Shown: positions 8,629-19,191, counted from the first letter of the stretch. The stretch is DNA of 64,000 nt from Candidatus Omnitrophota bacterium (GCA_028716965.1 JAQUOV010000001.1:6448-70447); one strand, 5' to 3'. Program-made: numbers and translations. Notes: generated by a model from the sequence alone, not told the origin.

Positions 8629-11235
8629 CTATAATGAATCTTTAATTATAGCTCTTAATTTGTCAATTGCCAATGTAAAACTTTCCGGTTTCGTCCCACC
8701 CGCCTGGGCAAAGTCCTGCCTGCCTCCGCCTGAGCCTCCGATAAGCGGAGCAACCTGATGAATTAATGCTCCCGCATCCAAGCCCCTGGATAATAAATTG
8801 CGGGTAATTGCGATAACCAGATATGCCCTCTTCTGCTGGATATCCTGCGAGCCTAAAACAACCACCCCGTTATTTAAATTCTCTTTTAGTTTATCCGCCA
8901 GGGTCCTTAAGGCATTCATATCCAAACCCGTCTCAAGCGAACAAATAAATTTTATCCCTTTGATCTCTGCCGCGTTCCCTATAATCCTTGGCAGCGCATC
9001 CTGTAAACTGTTATTTATTTCTGCGCTGCGCTTCTTCTCTTGCTCCTTTAGCTCTTTTAGCTTGTTTCTCCTTTCAGACTCTTCAACGGCTTTCTGCCGC
9101 TCATCCTTGATAAACTGCTCTGCAAAACCTGCGGTAACCCCTTCAATCCTTCTTATACCGCTGGCTACTGAACTTTCACTGATTATTTTTATCAGCCCGA
9201 TTTTACCGAGGTTATCCAGGTGTGTGCCCCCGCATAGCTCTTTAGAAATATCTCCGATAGCAACCACGCGCACACTTTCACCGTATTTCTCTTCAAAAAA
9301 TGCCAGCGCCCCTGCCTTCTTAGCTTCTTTAAAAGCCATCTCTTTGCAGTCTACCGCCTGGTTTTTGGCAACCCAGCTATTCGCTACCTCCTCAACCCTG
9401 GAGATTTCTTCATTAGACAACCTCTTAAAATGCGTGAAATCAAAACGGAATCTTTCTTCCTCCACCAAAGACCCCTGCTGTTGGACATGGCTTCCCAAAA
9501 CCTCACGCAAAGCTGCCTGTAATATATGCGTCGCTGTGTGATTTTTGGCAATATTGGCCCTGCGCGCGACATTAATTTGAGCAGTAACCTTATCGCCCTT
9601 TTTAAAAGAACCGCAATTCACTTCTCCGATATGCAAGAAAACATTGCCGATCTTCTGCGTATCCAAAACCTTAAAAACATTTTCTCCGTTTACTAATTCT
9701 CCGGTATCACCGACCTGGCCGCCGCTTTCAGCGTAAAAAGGCGTTTCATCCAGGATGATTGCGGCTTTCATACCTACGCTTATCTGAGCTAATGCTTTAT
9801 TCTTTTTACTGGAATCAATTATCTCTATTATCCCGGCTTTTATAGAATCATTATTATAACCTGAGAATTTTGTATCTTTTAAGTTTAGCCCTAAACCTCT
9901 GGCATCAAAAACATCGCCCTTCATCGAACTCTGCAGCCTGGAACGGGTCATCTGTTCAAGCAGCTCTTGATCAAAGACTCCCTGCGAGAATTGTATACCT
10001 CTTTCATTCAACCAAACCTTGGTTAAGTCTAAAGGTATTCCGTAAGTATCATAAAGCTGGAAAGCAATCCTGCCTGCCTTTTCCGCATCCTGTTCCCGGC
10101 TAAGTGCACTGAATTTATCTTTAAATAAATCACTGCTTGAATCCAGGGCGCGAATAAAATTCTTCTCTTCATTCAAGATAACCTGGGCAATATCCTCCTG
10201 CCTCTCTTTTAGGTCCGGATAAGGAAGATGCATGATTTGAGCAAGCTGGCCGACTAACGTATTTAAAAAAGGCTTGCTTATCCCTAAGCTCCTTAAATGC
10301 AGCAGGCTCTTACGGATGATCTTCCTGACTATATACCCGCGGCCCTCATTAGATGGGATAATCCCGTCATATATTGAGAAAACCACCGCCCTTAAATGGT
10401 CGGAAACGGCGTAAAGTAGTTTTCTGGCCTCTCCCGGTCCTACCTCTATTTCTATACAACGCTGGATCTCTTTTATTATCGGCTGGAATAATTCCGTCTC
10501 AAAATTATTCTGCTTTCCCTGCATAACCGCAGCCAGCCTTTCTAAACCCATACCCGTATCAATATTTTTATTCGGCAAGGGCTCTAAGCTTGAGTCGGCT
10601 TTGCGGTTAAACTGCGTGAACACCAGGTTCCATATTTCAACAAACCTTCCGCAGCTGCATGATGGATCACAGACCTTCTCCCCGCAGCCCGCATTAGGTC
10701 CAAAATCATAAAATATTTCCGAACAAGGGCCGCATGGCCCGTTCGGCCCTTTTGCCTTGGCTTCTGCCGGCCAAAAATTATCTTTATCACCCAATTTTAC
10801 AATCTTTTTTTCAGGTACGCCTACTTTATCCTTCCAGATATCATAAGCCTCTTCATCATCTTGATAAACTGAAACCCAAAGTTTGCCCTGATCTATATGT
10901 AATTCTCTGGTCAAAAACTCCCAAGCCCAGGCAATCGCCTCTTCTTTAAAATAATCACCAAAGGAGAAATTCCCCAGCATTTCAAAAAAGGTATGGTGGC
11001 TGCTTGTTTTTCCTACCTTCTCCAGGTCATCCGTACGCAGGCAGCGTTGAGCCGTAGCTGCGCGCTTGAACCCTGCGTCAAAACCCATAAACTCTTTTTT
11101 GAATTGGTTCATCCCGGCAGGGGTAAATAACACCGTAGGGTCATCCTTAGGGACAAGAGAATCGCTTTCTACAATCTTGTGTTTCTTGGCCTTAAAGAAA
11201 ACCAGGAATTTCTCTCTCAAAATATCCGCGGTCAT
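8629..11235 (-). CDS. alaS: Alanine--tRNA ligase
   Basis: 868 aa; class II core (FTNAGM-like PAGMNQFK), editing domain HTATH...CGGTH, C-terminal DHHA1. Confidence 0.95.
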   Translation of the reverse strand: MTADILREKFLVFFKAKKHKIVESDSLVPKDDPTVLFTPAGMNQFKKEFMGFDAGFKRAATAQRCLRTDDLEKVGKTSSHHTFFEMLGNFSFGDYFKEEAIAWAWEFLTRELHIDQGKLWVSVYQDDEEAYDIWKDKVGVPEKKIVKLGDKDNFWPAEAKAKGPNGPCGPCSEIFYDFGPNAGCGEKVCDPSCSCGRFVEIWNLVFTQFNRKADSSLEPLPNKNIDTGMGLERLAAVMQGKQNNFETELFQPIIKEIQRCIEIEVGPGEARKLLYAVSDHLRAVVFSIYDGIIPSNEGRGYIVRKIIRKSLLHLRSLGISKPFLNTLVGQLAQIMHLPYPDLKERQEDIAQVILNEEKNFIRALDSSSDLFKDKFSALSREQDAEKAGRIAFQLYDTYGIPLDLTKVWLNERGIQFSQGVFDQELLEQMTRSRLQSSMKGDVFDARGLGLNLKDTKFSGYNNDSIKAGIIEIIDSSKKNKALAQISVGMKAAIILDETPFYAESGGQVGDTGELVNGENVFKVLDTQKIGNVFLHIGEVNCGSFKKGDKVTAQINVARRANIAKNHTATHILQAALREVLGSHVQQQGSLVEEERFRFDFTHFKRLSNEEISRVEEVANSWVAKNQAVDCKEMAFKEAKKAGALAFFEEKYGESVRVVAIGDISKELCGGTHLDNLGKIGLIKIISESSVASGIRRIEGVTAGFAEQFIKDERQKAVEESERRNKLKELKEQEKKRSAEINNSLQDALPRIIGNAAEIKGIKFICSLETGLDMNALRTLADKLKENLNNGVVVLGSQDIQQKRAYLVIAITRNLLSRGLDAGALIHQVAPLIGGSGGGRQDFAQAGGTKPESFTLAIDKLRAIIKDSL

Positions 11236-11256
11236 AATATAAGTATATAAGTATAC

Positions 11257-11309
11257 AAGACGCTTTATGTATCTCTTTATATTTCTAAAGGTTACAAAAC
11301 AATTATTTT
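11257..11309. promoter_or_regulatory. Conserved upstream element E (alaS 5' region)
   Basis: AAGACGCTTTATGTATCTCTTTATATTTCTAAAGGTTACAAAACAATTATTT. In gene sense it reads TTGTTTTGTAACC-N-AGAGATACATAAAGCGTCTT. It overlaps the recX stop codon. Confidence 0.5.
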
Positions 11310-11869
11310 CTCAATACATTGCTAATTAAATCCGGAGAAAAACCCCTGCGCATCAAATAAGCATATACCCGTGCCTTTGCCTTAAGCGGCTCTATATTTT
11401 TTAGTTTAGCCAACCTTTGTTCGGCTAATTGTTTGACTATACCGGTTTCGTCGTAATCCTCTTTTGCCTGAACAAAGGCTTCTTCAATAACCTGTTTATC
11501 CAACCCCTTCTGCATCAATTCCTGCTTTATCCTTCTTAAACCAAATGGCCGCTTAAGCCGGCTGGAAACCCAACCCCTGGCAAAAACGCGGTCATCAATA
11601 AAATGTTTATCCTTTAAGAAGTTTACCGTCTCCTGGGATAGCTCTTCGGAGAAACCTTTCTGCCTTAACCTCTGCGCCAGCTCCTTTTCGCTGCGCAGGC
11701 GAAACTTAAGCAGCAGAAAAGCATATTCTTTGGCTTTTTCCGGGTTATGGCTTCGGCTATCGGATGCCGAACCATGGCCTTCTGGCTTATGGCTTCGGCT
11801 ATCGGATGCCGAACCATGGCCTTCTGGCTTATTTGGCGAGGTCAAACTTTTTACGCGCTTCTTTTTCAA
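11303..11869 (-). CDS. recX: Regulatory protein RecX, N-terminus carrying two in-frame repeat units
   Basis: RecX-like three-helix repeats ([20 protein letters not shown]...). It overlaps the recA 3' end by 41 nt. The N-terminus contains a tandem [13 protein letters not shown] x2 encoded by an exact 2x42-nt DNA repeat. Confidence 0.75.
   Translation of the reverse strand: MKKKRVKSLTSPNKPEGHGSASDSRSHKPEGHGSASDSRSHNPEKAKEYAFLLLKFRLRSEKELAQRLRQKGFSEELSQETVNFLKDKHFIDDRVFARGWVSSRLKRPFGLRRIKQELMQKGLDKQVIEEAFVQAKEDYDETGIVKQLAEQRLAKLKNIEPLKAKARVYAYLMRRGFSPDLISNVLRK
11745..11828. repeat. Repeat family C: exact tandem 2x42-nt unit (TTATGGCTTCGGCTATCGGATGCCGAACCATGGCCTTCTGGC) inside recX
   Basis: Two identical 42-nt units seen directly. 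Each has an internal inverted repeat TTCGGC..GCCGAA, and each encodes [14 protein letters not shown] in the recX frame. Confidence 0.85.
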
Positions 11870-12854
11870 TATCTTCCTGTAATTTCGGGTTTTCTTTTAG
11901 GAATTTAATTGCCGCTTCCCGCCCCTGGCCCAATTTTTTGTCTTCAAAAGAAAGCCATGTCCCGGCCTTAGCAATTATTCCTAAGCTTACCGAAGCATCA
12001 ATCACTGCGCCAATCTTAGCAATCCCTTCGTTATGCATAATATCAAACTCTGCCTCACGAAAAGGCGGAGCGACTTTATTCTTGACTACCCTTACCCTCA
12101 CATGGTTACCGATAACCTTATCCCCTTCTTTCAAATAAGCAATCCTGCGCACATCCAACCTTACTGATGAATAAAACTTAAGTGCCCTGCCGCCGGGAGT
12201 TGTCTCAGGAGAACCAAACATTACCCCGATCTTTTCCCTTAACTGGTTAATGAAAATTACCGTGGTGCGCGATTTGCTGATTGAGCCGGTTAACTTACGT
12301 AAGGCCTGTGACATTAAGCGCGCCTGAAGCCCCATATGCGAATCCCCCATCTCGCCTTCTATCTCCGCCCGCGGGGTCAAGGCCGCCACCGAATCAATCA
12401 CCACTAAATCTACGGCATTGGAACGCACTAAAGTTTCCGCTATCTCCAAAGCCTGCTCTCCGGTGTCCGGCTGAGAGATTAGAAGGTCATCTAAATTTAA
12501 ACCGATTATCTTGGCATAAGTAGGGTCAAAGGCATGTTCTGCGTCAATAAACGCCGCCACCCCGCCTTTTTTCTGGATCTCTCTTATCGCCGTCAAAGTT
12601 AAGGTAGTTTTCCCGGAAGCCTCCGGACCAAATATTTCAATTACCCTTCCGCGGGGCAGGCCGCCAACACCCAAAGCAAGGTCTAATGTAAGTGCGCCTG
12701 TTGATATAGTCTCAACATTGGCCTTGGTATGCGCACCCAGCTTCATAATCGAGCCCTTGCCAAATTGCTTCTCTATCTGTGCCAGCGCTAATTCCAGCGC
12801 CTTTTGCCGGTCCGCAATATCTCTTGTTTCTTCCTTCCTTTTTTCAACTGCCAT
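11829..12854 (-). CDS. recA: Recombinase A
   Basis: [12 protein letters not shown] Walker A, ...IDAEHAFD..., full RecA core. Confidence 0.95.
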   Translation of the reverse strand: MAVEKRKEETRDIADRQKALELALAQIEKQFGKGSIMKLGAHTKANVETISTGALTLDLALGVGGLPRGRVIEIFGPEASGKTTLTLTAIREIQKKGGVAAFIDAEHAFDPTYAKIIGLNLDDLLISQPDTGEQALEIAETLVRSNAVDLVVIDSVAALTPRAEIEGEMGDSHMGLQARLMSQALRKLTGSISKSRTTVIFINQLREKIGVMFGSPETTPGGRALKFYSSVRLDVRRIAYLKEGDKVIGNHVRVRVVKNKVAPPFREAEFDIMHNEGIAKIGAVIDASVSLGIIAKAGTWLSFEDKKLGQGREAAIKFLKENPKLQEDIEKEARKKFDLAK

Positions 12855-12912
12855 ATGACCCTCCGCTTTTTAAATTTAGGTAAATATTATAACCCTCTCC
12901 CCCTACTACTGT

Positions 12913-12961
12913 CAAACAATAAAAATTCCTCCTTTCTTCTCCAATAGACGTAGAAAGGAGG
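12913..12961 (-). terminator. Rho-independent terminator downstream of the 13034..14152 gene
   Basis: Perfect 10-bp inverted repeat CCTCCTTTCT...AGAAAGGAGG (12928-12961). On the minus strand it is followed by a U-rich tract, AAUUUUUAUUGUUUG. Confidence 0.6.
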
Positions 12962-13033
12962 AAAAATCTAACTAAAATGATTCTAACCCTGTTTCTATAC
13001 TGACCCCGTTTCCCAGGCCTCAAGGCCGGGCCG

Positions 13034-14152
13034 TCAATGCATTGTTACCCAAACAATAACCTTACCATCTCCTTCGGATAATGGCTCCAATGCCTTACCT
13101 AATATCATGCCGGGACTTAATTTTCCAGGGTCGGCTTTCATGGCATGCCCGGGTTTACTGGAAGTAACCAGTAAATCACCAATTTCAATCGGCCCATTTT
13201 CCGTTGTAACTTTGCAAATAACTCGCCCCACCAAGGCAATGGGTTTTTTATCCTTCACTTTATTAATCTTTTCAGGAGGCGTATCTCCGCCGATTATCAT
13301 GGAAGCAGTGTTTGGGTCTGAAACAATGCCCGCCACAAGGCTATCATAGGCCTTTTGGCTGCGTTTCATCCTAATCCTTGAGTCTTTATCTATACAAACC
13401 ACATCCCCGGGCTCTAAATTGTCTTCCTCCTTAACAGGAGTGACTTCCGCTAAGTCAAAACGTACTGCGCCATTGGCATAAAAAGGACCGACGGCAAAAG
13501 GAGTATAGATAACACTAGATCCCTCAAAGAGTCTCAACCATGGATCAGCTCCAACCGTAGGCACTCTGTTTAAGCGCCATGGATTAGTGCCGTCCATAGC
13601 AGACCCCATTATGTTCCCCACAACATGTAATTGCGCTGACGGAGTAGATGTCCCGACCCCAAGGCTGCCTGCAAAATATCCATTTCCCATTCCAGAGACC
13701 CAGAAAGTCTGTGTGGCGCCGCTATTTGTCCTGAAATCCAATAATTTAAAAGCGTTATTTCCGGCTCTGGTTGTCTGGGCATATAATAAAACATTGGCAA
13801 ATGCAGGGGCAGTATTTTTAATAATAAAAGTTGAATTTCCCGCTCCGCTGCCGGTAGCTTGTATTGTAGCATCAACTGAGGCTATATCTAACTGCGCAAC
13901 AGGCGCATTCATCCCGATGCCTACTTTTCCTTTAATCCAAACCTGCCCGGGGGTACTAGGCACATCAGCAAAAGTAAGGGAGCCACTATTATCATTGTCT
14001 CCCACGCCAAATTTATCTGTCTGCAAAGCATTATAACTTCCGTAAGGAGAAGGATAATAAGTGGTGATTGTAATATCTTCCGCAAAAACAACCGATGAAG
14101 AAAGGATCAAAACAGGGAAAAATAACAAAATATTCTTTAACAATTTAAGCAT
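13034..14152 (-). CDS. Secreted hypothetical protein with tail-fibre-like repeats and a conserved C-terminal domain
   Basis: Signal peptide. The repeats GKVGIGMNAPVAQLDI and GSLGVGTSTPSAQLHVVG resemble tail-fibre-domain repeats. The C-terminal segment (VAGIVSDP...PIALVGRVICKVTTENGPIEIGDLLVTSSKPGHAMKA) resembles tail-fibre C-terminal domains. Confidence 0.4.
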   Translation of the reverse strand: MLKLLKNILLFFPVLILSSSVVFAEDITITTYYPSPYGSYNALQTDKFGVGDNDNSGSLTFADVPSTPGQVWIKGKVGIGMNAPVAQLDIASVDATIQATGSGAGNSTFIIKNTAPAFANVLLYAQTTRAGNNAFKLLDFRTNSGATQTFWVSGMGNGYFAGSLGVGTSTPSAQLHVVGNIMGSAMDGTNPWRLNRVPTVGADPWLRLFEGSSVIYTPFAVGPFYANGAVRFDLAEVTPVKEEDNLEPGDVVCIDKDSRIRMKRSQKAYDSLVAGIVSDPNTASMIIGGDTPPEKINKVKDKKPIALVGRVICKVTTENGPIEIGDLLVTSSKPGHAMKADPGKLSPGMILGKALEPLSEGDGKVIVWVTMH

Positions 14153-14259
14153 CTCTGCCTCCTATTTTTATGGATTAATTATATAGGAATGGTGGAAAAT
14201 GTCAACTAATTAACGCTCTTTCTTGACTTTACTTAAAAATGTGCTAAACTTAAAACATT

Positions 14260-15426
14260 ATGGAAGAGATGAATAAGTTAAAAATCGAACTTGAGCGTAC
14301 GAAAATTGAACTCGGGATTCTTTATGAGATCTCCAATGCCATGCGCACCACCTTAAAGCTGGATGAGATCCTCTATATCATCCTTACCGGGGTAACTGCG
14401 CACACCGGGCTTGGATTCAACCGGGCCATGCTTTTTCTGGTCAATGAGAAAGAAAGAATTATTGAGGGCAAGATGGGGATCGGCCCGGAAAGCGGCGAAG
14501 AAGCTAACGCCGCCTGGACCAAAATTGAAGAAGAAAAAATGGACCTGGATGATTTGATCAACGCCTTCAAGAACTCAAGCTCGGTATTAGAATCCGGGTT
14601 TAACCGCCAGGTCAGGAGCTTAAAAGTATCTATGTACGATAAAAATGAGAACCCCCTGTCTTTGGCTGTCCTGGAAGGCATGCCTTTACATTTAACCAGC
14701 CAGGCCATTCAAAAATACAGCAATTCTCCCGTGATAAAAATGCTGGAAAGCAGCGAACTCTTGCTTATCCCGTTAAAGGCAAAGGACCGGGTAAACGGAA
14801 TAATTGTAGCGGATAATTTTATCACTAATGACCCAATTACCAAAGACGATATCCGCATGCTCACCATGCTGGCTAACCAGGCAGGATTGGCGATTGAAAA
14901 CTCCCAGCTTTTTGAATTAACCGTTGAGCGCGCCCACTCGGATTACCTGACTAATCTCTGGAACCATGGATATTTTCAGTACCTTCTGCAAACAGAGATG
15001 GAAAAAGCCAAGGCGACCAAAAACAAGCTTAGTTTAGTTACAATAGATATAGATAATTTTAAGGTTTATAACGACACTCTTGGACATCAGATAGGAGACA
15101 AGATACTAAAAGATTTAGCGCAACTCTTGCGTAATCAATCACGCAAAATGGACCATGTCTGCCGTTACGGAGGGGAAGAATTCACCATCATCCTGCCTCA
15201 AACCGACCAAAAAGAAGCTTACATGATCGCTGAACGCCTTAGAGTGGATATCCAAAAATACCCCTTCTTAAACGAAGGGATCTTTCCTAATAAGATGCTG
15301 ACGGTCAGCCTTGGGATAGCCACCTTTCCCGAGAATGGACAGCTGCCTGCGGACTTAATTACCTCTTCGGATAAATCACTCTATAAAGCCAAAAGCCAGG
15401 GCAGAAACACCACCTGCTGCAGTTAA
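14260..15426 (+). CDS. GAF-domain diguanylate cyclase (GGDEF)
   Basis: RYGGEEFTIILP (GGEEF active site) and an N-terminal GAF-like region. It is the only plus-strand gene in the window. Confidence 0.8.
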   Translation: MEEMNKLKIELERTKIELGILYEISNAMRTTLKLDEILYIILTGVTAHTGLGFNRAMLFLVNEKERIIEGKMGIGPESGEEANAAWTKIEEEKMDLDDLINAFKNSSSVLESGFNRQVRSLKVSMYDKNENPLSLAVLEGMPLHLTSQAIQKYSNSPVIKMLESSELLLIPLKAKDRVNGIIVADNFITNDPITKDDIRMLTMLANQAGLAIENSQLFELTVERAHSDYLTNLWNHGYFQYLLQTEMEKAKATKNKLSLVTIDIDNFKVYNDTLGHQIGDKILKDLAQLLRNQSRKMDHVCRYGGEEFTIILPQTDQKEAYMIAERLRVDIQKYPFLNEGIFPNKMLTVSLGIATFPENGQLPADLITSSDKSLYKAKSQGRNTTCCS

Positions 15427-15428
15427 AT

Positions 15429-18400
15429 TTACGCCGCTACCGGCTGTTCCTGCTTCTCTTTATCCTGCGACAATTTTACCGAAACTATTTTTGAGACTCC
15501 CGATTGCTGCATGGTAATACCATACATGATATTGGCGTTAACAATAGTCTTCTTGTTATGAGTAATGACAATAAACTGCGAAGTCTTGGAAAACTCCTGC
15601 AAAACCCTGGAGAACCTGTCTACGTTGGCTTCATCAAGGGCTGCGTCAATCTCATCCAGGATGCAGAACGGCGAAGGCTTAACCTTGAAAATAGCAAAGA
15701 TCAGCGCGATCGCCGACATACTTTTTTCTCCGCCGCTTAATAAGAGAACATTCTGTAGTTTCTTTCCCGGAGGCCGGCAGATAATCTCAATCCCCGATTC
15801 AAGCGGGTCATGCTCGTCAACTAAAAACAACTGCGCGTCCCCGCCGTTAAAAAGCAGCCGGAAATAATTCTTAAACTCCACCTTCACTTTCTCAAAGGTC
15901 TCCATAAACATCTGTTTTGTCGTACGGTTGATCTTCAAGATCGCCTGATGCAATGACTCCTTGGCAGCTAAAAGGTCATTCTGCTGTTGGATAAGGAAAT
16001 CATAACGCTGTTTTAACTCATCATACTCTTCAATCGCCACCAGGTTGACCGTGCCGTAGGAATCCAGTTTTCTCTTTAATTCCCCTATTGCAGCCGATAA
16101 GGACTGCTGGTCTGATTCTTTGTTTGTATCCTCCAGAATATCCAAATCAATTTTATAGGCAGAGCTCATCCTCTCTTTTATAGCCGCATATCGGTAATCC
16201 AAGTCCTTATCCTGCATCTCCAAATCATGCAATTGGCTTTTTATCTGTTCCAGGTGCTTGCGGTCGGCTTCAATTCTCTTTACTACCCCCACCGTGCTGC
16301 TGGAGACTTCATTATATTTAAACTCAACCTCAAGAAGGCTGCTTTTCTTTTCTTTAATCTGGACCTCTGATTCATTAATTTTATTCTGGCAATCAATGAC
16401 CTCAAGCCTTAAACCCTGCTGGCGCTCTTTAGATTCACTGATTTGCTTCTCAATATTCTCAAGGCTGGCCCTATCCTGCGCGTAAGTTTCATCAAGGATC
16501 TTTAAGGTTGCCGCGTCAGAACTAAAACGCTTATTTAAAGCCTCAATCTCCGTCCTGGTCTGGGTAATTAAAACCAACACCTCTTCCCGTGCCTTGCTGT
16601 TTAAAGCGATACTATCCTCTTCCTGCACGATTGAATCCTGCTTAAGCCTCTCTTCATTGTTTAAGTTGGAAAGTTTAGCCTGGGCAGCGGATAAGTTTTG
16701 TTCAATCGCGGAGATCTCCCGGGCCACCTCTGTCAACTCCATAACAACCACATCCTCTTCTTCCTTTATTTTATTAAACTGCTCTAAGGTCGTAGCATAT
16801 CCGGCTTCTTTATTGGCTAAAGTAATTTCGTGATTACGCAGCTCCTGCTCCAAATCCGCCGACATTTTACTTAATTCCGCAATACAAGTTTGGCGCAATA
16901 CCCTCCTGTTCTTTAGCTCTCCGAGGCCCTCTTCAATCTTGGCAATCTTATCACTTATCTTTTGCGTATCCAATTCAATAGGCTTGGCCTCTCCGCTTAT
17001 CCTAAAAGCAGCTGAATCCACAGCCGCGGTTTGCCCTCCCATAGGCAAAGCCGCTTCCGCCAGGCGCGACCGGTCTTCATCATTTACCGATGACTGGCCC
17101 TGGATCTTCACCACCAGCCCGGTGACACTCTCCTTGGGCAGTTTGTCCAGGTAGATCACCGCGTTAAGCGATTCCCCTATATCATCATACTTATTCTTCA
17201 GCTTCTCCAGAAACTCTTTATGTGAAACCAAGGTGAGCTTTTCATTTTCAAGCCTGGTAATCTCCTGGTTAATCCCGTTTAAATTTAACCCCTCTTGCTC
17301 AAGGCTTGCCTTTACATTAGCGATCTTCTGCCTGAACTCATCCACTAATTCCCGCGTATTGGAGAGCTCCCGGGTAACCCTGTTTAAGGCCTCCTCGGAA
17401 ATCACCTTTTCTTCATAGACCTTTGCCTTTTCAATCTCCAGCCTCTTTTTGCGCGCCAGGAATACCTGGTGCCTGGAATTGAATTCACTGACTTCATTAT
17501 GAGTATTTGAGATCCTGGTTTCTAGGTCCAGGATCATCTTTTTGCTTTCGGAAATGATCTCCAACGAACTTTTAATAGAAGAGTTGATCTTATTAATTTC
17601 CTCTTCCTTCTGCTTTAAGACGGATTCCTTATCTTCTATATTATGCTTGAGACTGGAATACTCAAGACGGATTTTTTCCAGCTTCTCCTCATCCTGAAGA
17701 AGTTTGCTCTTCGCCTGCTCAATCTGGGCCTCTAAAACCTGCATATTTTCGGAAAGCTCGGCGATACGCTGTTGGTTAAAAGCGATATGCTCATTATTGC
17801 GCACCAGGCTATTCTCCAAATTAAGTATCTGGCTGCGGCTGGACATCAAACCTTCTTCCAGCGTTTTTAATTCCGACTGCCGGTTGGCGATCTTAGCCTC
17901 CATCTCCGTAACCGCTTCAGCTAACGTTAACTCCTCCTTCCTTGATTCTGACAGCTGTCCGGAAATTTCATCCCTCTGCCTAAGGAGATTATTCTTATCT
18001 ATGACTGCCAAGTCAATTTCTTTTAATTTTAATTCCTCAAAAACCTCCTTGTATCTGCGCGCTTTATTTGCCTGGCGCTCAAGGGAGCCGATCTGCCGTT
18101 TGACCTCGGATACAATATCGTTTACACGCAAGAGATTTTGTTCTGTCTCCTCAAGCCTGCGCGTAGTTTCCCTTTTCTGGGCTTTATATTTGCTTATGCC
18201 GCTTGCCTCATCAAACACCATGCGCCGGTCTTCCGGACGGGAGCTTAATACCAAATCTATTTTTCCCTGCGCGATAATGGAATAACTCTCTGCGCCTATA
18301 CCCGTACCTAACAATAAATCCAATATATCTTTAAGCCGCACCGTGGCCTTATTCAGCAGATATTCGCTCTCTCCGCTTCTAAAAAGCCTGCGCGTAATCA

Positions 18401-18695
18401 GCACCTCCGGATGGTCAACATTAAAAAAGCGGCTGGTATTGTCAAAAGCAAGGCTGACCTCGGCCATACTCAATGGCTCTTTATTGTCGGCGCCGTTAAA
18501 GATAACATCCAGCATCTCTGAGCCGCGCAGCGACTTTGCGGACTGTTCACCGAGTACCCAGCGTATGGAATCAAAGATATTTGATTTCCCGCAGCCGTTA
18601 GGCCCGACTACCGCCGTAATCCCCGGCTCAAAGTTCAGCACCGTCTTATCGCAAAACGATTTAAAACCTAAAAGCTCAAGTCTTTTAAAATACAT
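15429..18695 (-). CDS. smc: Chromosome partition protein Smc
   Basis: MYFKRLELLGFKSF...GPNGCGKSN N-terminus, long coiled coils, C-terminal LSGGEKS...ILDEIDAALD. The ORF-track start at 18737 adds 14 aa (MEWPVYPFWIRRKN) encoded by a repeat element, so the true start is taken as the ATG at 18695. Confidence 0.9.
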   Translation of the reverse strand: MYFKRLELLGFKSFCDKTVLNFEPGITAVVGPNGCGKSNIFDSIRWVLGEQSAKSLRGSEMLDVIFNGADNKEPLSMAEVSLAFDNTSRFFNVDHPEVLITRRLFRSGESEYLLNKATVRLKDILDLLLGTGIGAESYSIIAQGKIDLVLSSRPEDRRMVFDEASGISKYKAQKRETTRRLEETEQNLLRVNDIVSEVKRQIGSLERQANKARRYKEVFEELKLKEIDLAVIDKNNLLRQRDEISGQLSESRKEELTLAEAVTEMEAKIANRQSELKTLEEGLMSSRSQILNLENSLVRNNEHIAFNQQRIAELSENMQVLEAQIEQAKSKLLQDEEKLEKIRLEYSSLKHNIEDKESVLKQKEEEINKINSSIKSSLEIISESKKMILDLETRISNTHNEVSEFNSRHQVFLARKKRLEIEKAKVYEEKVISEEALNRVTRELSNTRELVDEFRQKIANVKASLEQEGLNLNGINQEITRLENEKLTLVSHKEFLEKLKNKYDDIGESLNAVIYLDKLPKESVTGLVVKIQGQSSVNDEDRSRLAEAALPMGGQTAAVDSAAFRISGEAKPIELDTQKISDKIAKIEEGLGELKNRRVLRQTCIAELSKMSADLEQELRNHEITLANKEAGYATTLEQFNKIKEEEDVVVMELTEVAREISAIEQNLSAAQAKLSNLNNEERLKQDSIVQEEDSIALNSKAREEVLVLITQTRTEIEALNKRFSSDAATLKILDETYAQDRASLENIEKQISESKERQQGLRLEVIDCQNKINESEVQIKEKKSSLLEVEFKYNEVSSSTVGVVKRIEADRKHLEQIKSQLHDLEMQDKDLDYRYAAIKERMSSAYKIDLDILEDTNKESDQQSLSAAIGELKRKLDSYGTVNLVAIEEYDELKQRYDFLIQQQNDLLAAKESLHQAILKINRTTKQMFMETFEKVKVEFKNYFRLLFNGGDAQLFLVDEHDPLESGIEIICRPPGKKLQNVLLLSGGEKSMSAIALIFAIFKVKPSPFCILDEIDAALDEANVDRFSRVLQEFSKTSQFIVITHNKKTIVNANIMYGITMQQSGVSKIVSVKLSQDKEKQEQPVAA

Positions 18696-18710
18696 ATTTT
18701 TTCTCCTTAT

Positions 18711-18843
18711 CCAGAAAGGATACACCGGCCATTCCATTTAGGCCGGGTGTTAGCCCAGAAAGGGTACACCCGCGCAATTTGCGCTAGCCTTGCGCACACC
18801 AACGCAATTCCTTATTAGCGTTGGGTGCCATAAGCGCGGGGTG
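18711..18843. repeat. Repeat family B copy 1 (tandem hairpin units, CCAGAAAGGATACACCGGCC...GGCCGGGTGT and GTACACCCGCGC...GCGCGGGGTG)
   Basis: About 90% identical to 47401-47513 and related to 29672-29758. It fills the smc/HTH intergenic space exactly. Confidence 0.7.
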
Positions 18844-19020
18844 TTAATGTTGCGTCTGGCCATCCAACCAGTCATCAATCTTATCTTTTTTAAAACGCCA
18901 TTGCCCGACAAGTTTCAGCGCGGGTATCTTATTATGCTTCAACCAGTCATAAATAGTCCTGCGGGTTACCTTTAAATAATCCGCCAGGTCTTCGATAGTC
19001 ATTAAATTATTACTTACCAT
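18844..19020 (-). CDS. Helix-turn-helix DNA-binding protein, excisionase/MerR-like family (58 aa; below the ORF-track cutoff)
   Basis: Manual translation gives MVSNNLMTIEDLADYLKVTRRTIYDWLKHNKIPALKLVGQWRFKKDKIDDWLDGQTQH, which fits the HTH_17 pattern (LADYL.V..RTIY.W......PA.K.G..WRF....I..WL). Confidence 0.5.
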   Translation of the reverse strand: MVSNNLMTIEDLADYLKVTRRTIYDWLKHNKIPALKLVGQWRFKKDKIDDWLDGQTQH

Positions 19021-19037
19021 AAATCTATCTCCTGCTC

Positions 19038-19072
19038 GTCATTGCGAGGGCGTGTACTGCCCGAGGCAATCT
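19038..19072. repeat. Repeat family A (short form) GTCATTGCGAGGGC-N-GCCCGAGGCAATCT palindromic element
   Basis: Same element occurs at 41163-41198, 42585-42619 and 46303-46413, with a long form at 35883-35970. Confidence 0.7.
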
Positions 19073-19173
19073 GGGAAACATTATAAATAAGTAAGCTTAT
19101 CTTGTCAAGGAAAATATTAACATTCTTTAACATATAGCTGAAATAGTATTCTAACCAATGCAAATAACTGCAG

Positions 19174-19191
19174 TGTAGACAGTATATATAA
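19174..19191. promoter_or_regulatory. Half-conserved copy of the TAGACAGT(C)TA operator-like motif
   Basis: GTGTAGACAGTATATATA. Compare the perfect palindromes at 32997, 39946 and 62397. Confidence 0.3.

Noticed and set aside
11745-11828. Possible CRISPR array or intein given the exact direct repeats
   Set aside because: There are only two units with no spacers, so it is not a CRISPR array. The units are far too short and lack intein splicing motifs. They are in-frame tandem repeat insertions.
18696-18737. 14-aa N-terminal extension of Smc (MEWPVYPFWIRRKN) in the ORF track
   Set aside because: It is encoded by repeat family B. The canonical Smc N-terminus begins at the downstream ATG (MYFKRLELLGFKSF).
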